The notes below the pieces were generated by a model, which had not been told where the DNA came from, did no database searches, and saw only the letters and a program-made list of their open reading frames with translations. From NCBI GenBank assembly GCA_903860135.1, contig CAIOPG010000007.1, forward strand, positions 66,100 through 130,099: 64,000 nt of DNA. The letters run 5' to 3'. Below are positions 59,143 to 64,000 of the stretch, piece by piece (the first letter of the stretch is position 1; each line of letters begins with the position of its first letter). Made by a program: the position numbers and the translations under genes. The DNA comes from Candidatus Omnitrophota bacterium (GTDB taxonomy: Bacteria > Omnitrophota > Gorgyraeia > Zapsychrales > Fredricksoniimonadaceae).

Positions 59143-60627
59143 GTGTCCAGAGAGATCCTCATTCATGTGGCTGATGGCGAACGTCGCGTTGCTATCGTTG
59201 AAAACAAGCACCTTGATGATTTTTACATTGAAATTGACCGGCATCGGTCAACCCTCGGGAATATTTACAAGGGCAGGGTCGAGTCCATCCTTCCGTCGAT
59301 CAATGGGGCTTTTGTTAATATCGGTCAGGAGCGCAATGGGTTTTTGTATTTGACCGACGCGGATCATCCGTATGTTCAGGACTTTGACAACCTCAATGGT
59401 CCAGGTGCTGCCGCACAGGGTTTTTTTGACAAGTTGTTGAATCGTAAGCCGAAGTCGTCCTCCGTTGCTGTAGCGGTTGATACCGAGGGAAATGCGCCGG
59501 CTCCAGCCTCCTCACCTGAAGCGGTTGAAGTTCTTAAGCCTGCCGAGAGCGCGTCGGTCCCTGCTAAGGTCGAGGCGTCGAACGCTGGCGGACAGGGTCG
59601 TGGACGGGGTCGTTTCGGGCGTCAGCAGGGCGGTGCTAAAGAACGACCTGTATCGTTGAAAGTCGGGCAGGAAGTGCTTGTTCAGGTTGAAAAAGACCCC
59701 TTCGGTACTAAAGGTGCCCGTTTGACAACTCACCTTTCTATTCCGGGAAGGTTCGTTGTTTATATGCCGTATGACAAGCACATTGGTGTTTCGCAAAAGA
59801 TTGAGTCTATTGAAGAGCGCCAGCGGTTGCGTGACATTATTAAGGAATGTGATTTTGCCAAGGATGGTGGTTTTATCATCCGCACCGTTTCTTTCGGGCA
59901 GGAAAAGGAAGAGCTTTTGAATGATGCGCGCTTTGTTCATGAGAAATGGCAGAAGGTCGTCAAACTCGCCAAAGAGAAAAAAGCACCCGCGATCATTTAT
60001 CAGGAAGGCGACATCATCTGGAAAGTCGTTCGTGATTTCTTCCGCAAGGAAGTGACCGGTGTCCATATTGATTCCAAGGAAGAGCATGAACAACTGGTGA
60101 AGTATGTCGAGTCGCTGGTCGGGAAACCCGCGCTTAAAAAGGTGCATTACTACGGTGGCGAAGCCTCGATCTTTGAGGCGCATAAGATTTCGGCCGAGCT
60201 TGACCGGATCTACGACCAAAAGGTTTTTCTTAAGACAGGTGCTTATCTTGTCATCGAACCCACCGAAGGGGTCACGGTCATCGATGTCAACAGCGGCCGT
60301 TATAAGACATCCGCGTCGCCGGAAGATGCGGCATTCAATGTCAATATCGAGGCTGCGCCCGAGATCGCGCGCCAGTTGCGCCTGAGGGATCTGGGCGGCA
60401 TTATTGTTATTGATTTCATTGATATGTCCCGGGAAGATCACAAACGTAAGGTTCTTGACGTGCTCAAGGCCGAGCTCGCGCGCGACCTTTCCAAAACCGA
60501 AGTGAACAAGATCTCAAGCCTGGGGCTTGTGGAGATGACCCGTGAGCGCGCCGGCAAGACCATTGAATCGTTGAAGTTCGCCGAGTGCCCTTATTGTCAC
60601 GGCCGCGGCAGGGTCAAGATCGACTAG
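59143..60627 (+). CDS. rng: ribonuclease G / E family (Rne/Rng catalytic domain)
   Basis: S1 domain, DNase I-like and Zn-link regions. N-terminus MSREILIHVADGERRVAIVENKHLDDFYIE...NIYKGRVESILPSINGAFVNIG. The inserted Gly/Arg-rich segment is unusual. GTG start after AAGGAG. Confidence 0.9.
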   Translation: MSREILIHVADGERRVAIVENKHLDDFYIEIDRHRSTLGNIYKGRVESILPSINGAFVNIGQERNGFLYLTDADHPYVQDFDNLNGPGAAAQGFFDKLLNRKPKSSSVAVAVDTEGNAPAPASSPEAVEVLKPAESASVPAKVEASNAGGQGRGRGRFGRQQGGAKERPVSLKVGQEVLVQVEKDPFGTKGARLTTHLSIPGRFVVYMPYDKHIGVSQKIESIEERQRLRDIIKECDFAKDGGFIIRTVSFGQEKEELLNDARFVHEKWQKVVKLAKEKKAPAIIYQEGDIIWKVVRDFFRKEVTGVHIDSKEEHEQLVKYVESLVGKPALKKVHYYGGEASIFEAHKISAELDRIYDQKVFLKTGAYLVIEPTEGVTVIDVNSGRYKTSASPEDAAFNVNIEAAPEIARQLRLRDLGGIIVIDFIDMSREDHKRKVLDVLKAELARDLSKTEVNKISSLGLVEMTRERAGKTIESLKFAECPYCHGRGRVKID

Positions 60628-60750
60628 AAAAAGGCGGCTTGATCTTTTCTCTGGCAATAATCAGGTATTTATATATAATACAGCATCTTTACGGCAGGCT
60701 CCAGGGGATGGGGCGGCAAATGATCTAACAAAGTACCGGAGGTTTCACGT

Positions 60751-61065
60751 ATGTACGCAGTCATTCAGGTGGGCTCTTTTCAGTTCAAGGTCGCCGAGGG
60801 CGATTTGATCGACGCGCCCAAGCTCGATAGCGAGGTCGGACAGACCTTTGACATTACCGACGTTCTCCTTTATGCCGATGGCGAGGATGTGCGTGTCGGA
60901 GATCCTTTCGTTAAGGGGGTTACCGTCGGCACCAAGATCGTCCGTCATTTCCGTGATGACAAAGATATCAGTTTCAAGTTCAAGAAGCGCAAGGATTCAC
61001 GCAAAACCATCGGGCACCGCCAGGACTTGACAGCGCTTCAGATCACCAGCATTGCGGTTCAATAA
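60751..61065 (+). CDS. rplU: 50S ribosomal protein L21
   Basis: MYAVIQVGSFQFKVAEGDLIDAPKLD. Confidence 0.95.
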   Translation: MYAVIQVGSFQFKVAEGDLIDAPKLDSEVGQTFDITDVLLYADGEDVRVGDPFVKGVTVGTKIVRHFRDDKDISFKFKKRKDSRKTIGHRQDLTALQITSIAVQ

Positions 61066-61074
61066 GCTGCCCCC

Positions 61075-62052
61075 ATGGCCTTCGTCGATTCCGCACGGAT
61101 CTATATCAAGGCAGGCGGCGGCGGCAAGGGGTGTGAAAGCCATTACCGCGATCTGTGGATGCGTTATCCCCGTGCAGACGGTGGTGACGGCGGCGGCGGC
61201 GGGAGCGTTATCTTTGTTGCGGCCTCTAATATCCACACCCTTCTTGATTACAGGTTCAAACAGCATTACCAGGGCGAGCGCGGCGGGCACGGTGGTAGCA
61301 GTGGCATGACCGGCAGTACCGGTGATGATTGTTTCTTGCGTGTGCCTGTCGGGACCGTCCTTTGGGATGATAACACGGGGCTGCTGATCCGTGATCTGTC
61401 GACGCCAGGTGAGCGTGTTATTGTCGCTCTCGGCGGATCCGGCGGCATCGGCAACAAGCGGCGCAAGACGGTCCATCCGCCGACCCTCGGCGAGGAAAAG
61501 ATCATTCGTCTTGAACTGAAGATCATTGCTGATGTCGGGCTGGTGGGCTTCCCCAATGCGGGCAAATCGACCATCATCAACAATATTTCCAAGGTTAAAT
61601 CGAAGATCGCCAACTATCCTTTCACCACCAAGCACCCTGTGTTGGGGATCGTGGAAACGGATACTTTTAATTTTATTGTTGCGGACCTCCCCGGATTGAT
61701 CGAAGGGGCGCACCTCGGCAAGGGGCTCGGCATCAAGTTTCTCAAGCATGCCGAACGCACCAAGGTTCTTGTCCAGGTCATTGATATGGCTGGCACCGAG
61801 GACCGTGACCCGCTGGAGGATTACCAGTCCATTGTATTTGAGCTGGAACAGTACAGCGACCTGCTGGCGCATAAACAACGGGTCGTCGTGGCCAACAAGA
61901 TGGATTTGCCGTCGGCGAAGAAACATCTTAAACGATTCAAAAGAAAATTCGACGTCGATATCATCGAGGTCTCGGCACTGGAGCACAAGGGTATCGAGGG
62001 GTTGGTCGACGCCATGGCGGCCATCCTAAAACCTTCGGTCAAGGGTGAGTGA
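61075..62052 (+). CDS. obgE: GTPase Obg/CgtA
   Basis: Obg fold MAFVDSARIYIKAGGGGKGCESHYRD, then the G domain GFPNAGKST...DLPG. Confidence 0.95.
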   Translation: MAFVDSARIYIKAGGGGKGCESHYRDLWMRYPRADGGDGGGGGSVIFVAASNIHTLLDYRFKQHYQGERGGHGGSSGMTGSTGDDCFLRVPVGTVLWDDNTGLLIRDLSTPGERVIVALGGSGGIGNKRRKTVHPPTLGEEKIIRLELKIIADVGLVGFPNAGKSTIINNISKVKSKIANYPFTTKHPVLGIVETDTFNFIVADLPGLIEGAHLGKGLGIKFLKHAERTKVLVQVIDMAGTEDRDPLEDYQSIVFELEQYSDLLAHKQRVVVANKMDLPSAKKHLKRFKRKFDVDIIEVSALEHKGIEGLVDAMAAILKPSVKGE

Positions 62053-62857
62053 TGTTATGCCGCGCAGGTTCCCCCGCAAGCTAAAACGTGTGGTCATCAA
62101 GGTGGGTTCAAGCCTGCTGGCCAATCATTTGATGAAGCCGCAGGAAACTTCCCTGAAGTCGCTCGTCAATCAGATTTGTGATCTTAAAGACAAAGGTATC
62201 GAGGTCGTTTTCGTCAGTTCCGGAGCCATTGCCCTTGGTCTTGGTGAATTGGGGATCCGTGTTCGTCCGACGGATACGCCTTCGTTGCAGGCCGCTGCCG
62301 CGGTGGGGCAGGCTCTGCTCATGCGTCTTTATGGTGATCTTTTTAAAAAACGTGGGCGTGTGTGCGCGCAGATCCTTTTGACCTGGGATGATTTTAACAC
62401 TCAATTGCGTCATCGCAATGCCTGCAATACCCTTAATGTTCTTCTGGGGCGAGGGGTTGTGCCCATCATCAATGAGAACGACACTATTTCTACCGATGAG
62501 ATAAAGTTCGGCGATAATGACAAGCTTTCGGCAATGGTTGCGGCCATGGCTCGGGCTAACCTTCTGGTGATGCTGTCGGATGTCGACGGGCTTTACAGGA
62601 AGGAAGGCGGGAAGCTGACCGAAAAGATCAGCGAGATCCACGCCATCACCGACGACATCAGGGCGATGGCGGGTGGAGCGCGCGACAGGAACTTCTCCAA
62701 AGGCGGCATGATCACCAAGCTCAATGCGGTAGAGATCGCGGCACTAGCGCAGGTGCCCTGCATCATCGCTAATGGCCAGACACCGGAGGTGATCCGGCGG
62801 ATCATCCTCGACGGGGAGCCGCTGGGGACATATTTTCTGAGAAAGCCGGCAAGATAA
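62045..62857 (+). CDS. proB: glutamate 5-kinase
   Basis: KRVVIKVGSSLL... in an amino-acid kinase fold (short form without PUA). Confidence 0.9.
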   Translation: MSDVMPRRFPRKLKRVVIKVGSSLLANHLMKPQETSLKSLVNQICDLKDKGIEVVFVSSGAIALGLGELGIRVRPTDTPSLQAAAAVGQALLMRLYGDLFKKRGRVCAQILLTWDDFNTQLRHRNACNTLNVLLGRGVVPIINENDTISTDEIKFGDNDKLSAMVAAMARANLLVMLSDVDGLYRKEGGKLTEKISEIHAITDDIRAMAGGARDRNFSKGGMITKLNAVEIAALAQVPCIIANGQTPEVIRRIILDGEPLGTYFLRKPAR

Positions 62858-62908
62858 AAAGAGCCGCCAAGCTGGCGCATAATCGCACGGCTTCAACTTA
62901 GAGGACGT

Positions 62909-64000
62909 ATGGATATTCAAAAGACTATTCTAAAACAGGTCAGGGAAGCCCGCGCGGCAGCCTTGCAGTCGGCGCTCTTGACAACGGCGGCAAAGAATAC
63001 AGCACTCAAGGCCATGGCCCAGGCATTGGGCGATCAAGCGGCGTTGATCCTTAAAGAGAACGCGAAAGATGTGGCGGCAGCCAAACTTTCCGGCCTTGCC
63101 CCGGCCTTGATCGAGCGTCTGACGCTCAATGAATCCCGTGTCAGGGCGATGGCGCTCGGCATCCTTGATATTGTTAAATTAAAAGACCCTGTGGGCGAGG
63201 TCATGCAGGTGTCCGTGCGCCCCAATGGCCTGGCGATCAAGAAAGTGCGCGTCCCTATCGGGGTTGTGGCCATTATTTATGAGGCACGGCCCAATGTGAC
63301 GGCGGATTGCGCCGCCTTATGCCTCAAGTCCGGTAATGCCGTGATCCTTAAGGGCGGCAAAGAGGCGATCTTTTCCAATATGGCTATTTACAAGATTTTA
63401 AAAGGAGCGTTGGCGGGCACGGCGGTGCCTACCGGGGCACTGCAGTTTATCACGTCGACGGATCGTGCGGCTGTGACCGAACTGCTCAAGATGGACCAAT
63501 GGGTTGACCTTGTGGTGCCTCGCGGCGGCGAAGGCTTGATCCGTTTTGTGGCGGAACATTCGCGCATTCCCGTTGTCAAGCATTACAAGGGCGTGTGCCA
63601 TACGTATGTGAGCGATAAAGCAGACCTTAAGAAAGCCGCCGCTATTTGTTTTAACGCGAAAGTCCAGCGCCCCGGTGTTTGCAATGCCATGGAAAAAATG
63701 CTGGTCCATGAAAATGTGGCGAAAGTATTTTTGCCCGCCATGATCCGGCGTTTGCGTGAGGCCGGGGTTGAGATCCGCGGTGATGAAGCGGTGCGCCGTA
63801 TCGCGCCGGATGTTAAGAAGGCCGTTGCAGCAGATTGGCACACGGAGTATCTTGATTTGATCCTCACGGTCAAGGTGGTTAACGATGTTCAGGCGGCAGT
63901 AACGCATATTAATACATACGGGTCACGCCACTCAGATGCGATCGTGACCAAAGATAAAAAAGAAGCGGATGCTTTCCTTAAAGGTGTGGATTCCGCCTGT
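62909..64000 (+). CDS. proA: gamma-glutamyl phosphate reductase (3' truncated by window edge)
   Basis: ATG at 62909. The translation ...VRVPIGVVAIIYEARPNVTADCAALCLKSGNAVILKGGKEA... matches the ProA aldehyde dehydrogenase family. No stop before the window end, so it is absent from the ORF track. Confidence 0.88.
   Translation, partial: MDIQKTILKQVREARAAALQSALLTTAAKNTALKAMAQALGDQAALILKENAKDVAAAKLSGLAPALIERLTLNESRVRAMALGILDIVKLKDPVGEVMQVSVRPNGLAIKKVRVPIGVVAIIYEARPNVTADCAALCLKSGNAVILKGGKEAIFSNMAIYKILKGALAGTAVPTGALQFITSTDRAAVTELLKMDQWVDLVVPRGGEGLIRFVAEHSRIPVVKHYKGVCHTYVSDKADLKKAAAICFNAKVQRPGVCNAMEKMLVHENVAKVFLPAMIRRLREAGVEIRGDEAVRRIAPDVKKAVAADWHTEYLDLILTVKVVNDVQAAVTHINTYGSRHSDAIVTKDKKEADAFLKGVDSAC

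Overview
This window is a GC-rich (roughly high-50s %) bacterial chromosomal segment. It is almost entirely coding, and nearly all credible genes are on the + strand; only ppiB, nadC and one hypothetical are on the - strand. Most of it is conserved housekeeping backbone: pgk-tpiA-secG, a five-gene Opp/Dpp-type peptide ABC transporter operon, glgC, fabV, smc, cvpA, dnaG-rpoD, two tRNAs, a COG1579 zinc-ribbon gene plus rnhA plus RNase P RNA, yebC-ruvC-ruvA-scpB, pheA-hisC-tyrA-cmk, lepA-lepB, pgsA-plsY, fruK, pckA, rodA/ftsW, rng, rplU-obg-proB-proA. The first 7 kb is an exopolysaccharide/O-antigen-like cluster: two Wzy_C/O-antigen-ligase-like genes, a GT4 glycosyltransferase, a WecB/TagA GT26, and a polyprenyl-phosphate sugar transferase. 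Two visibly AT-rich insertions interrupt otherwise syntenic operons. (i) An AbiEi/AbiEii type IV toxin-antitoxin / abortive-infection pair sits inside the polysaccharide cluster. (ii) A YhcG-like DUF1016 PD-(D/E)XK nuclease gene, bracketed by ~55-bp hairpin-containing direct repeats, is inserted exactly between the substrate-binding-protein gene and the first permease gene of the ABC operon. Both insertion borders share the same 13-mer, ATAAATTCGGGTT, preceded by GGAARGGGC, which suggests a common recombination or insertion site family. Other points worth a second look are listed here. A 126-bp tandem duplication carries the 3' end of tRNA-Val. An RNase P RNA gene appears to overlap the 3' end of the rnhA CDS. 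There is a REC-CheX-like-REC three-gene module. There are two tandem stand-alone MshEN/GspE-N (c-di-GMP-binding type) proteins, followed by a secreted coiled-coil protein and a non-canonical pilin-like protein. A Memo-like/AMMECR1 fusion has no radical-SAM partner nearby. rplU is directly followed by obg with no rpmA. I saw no CRISPR array, rRNA, transposase or integrase. The many long minus-strand ORFs that overlap plus-strand genes are treated as high-GC antisense artefacts.
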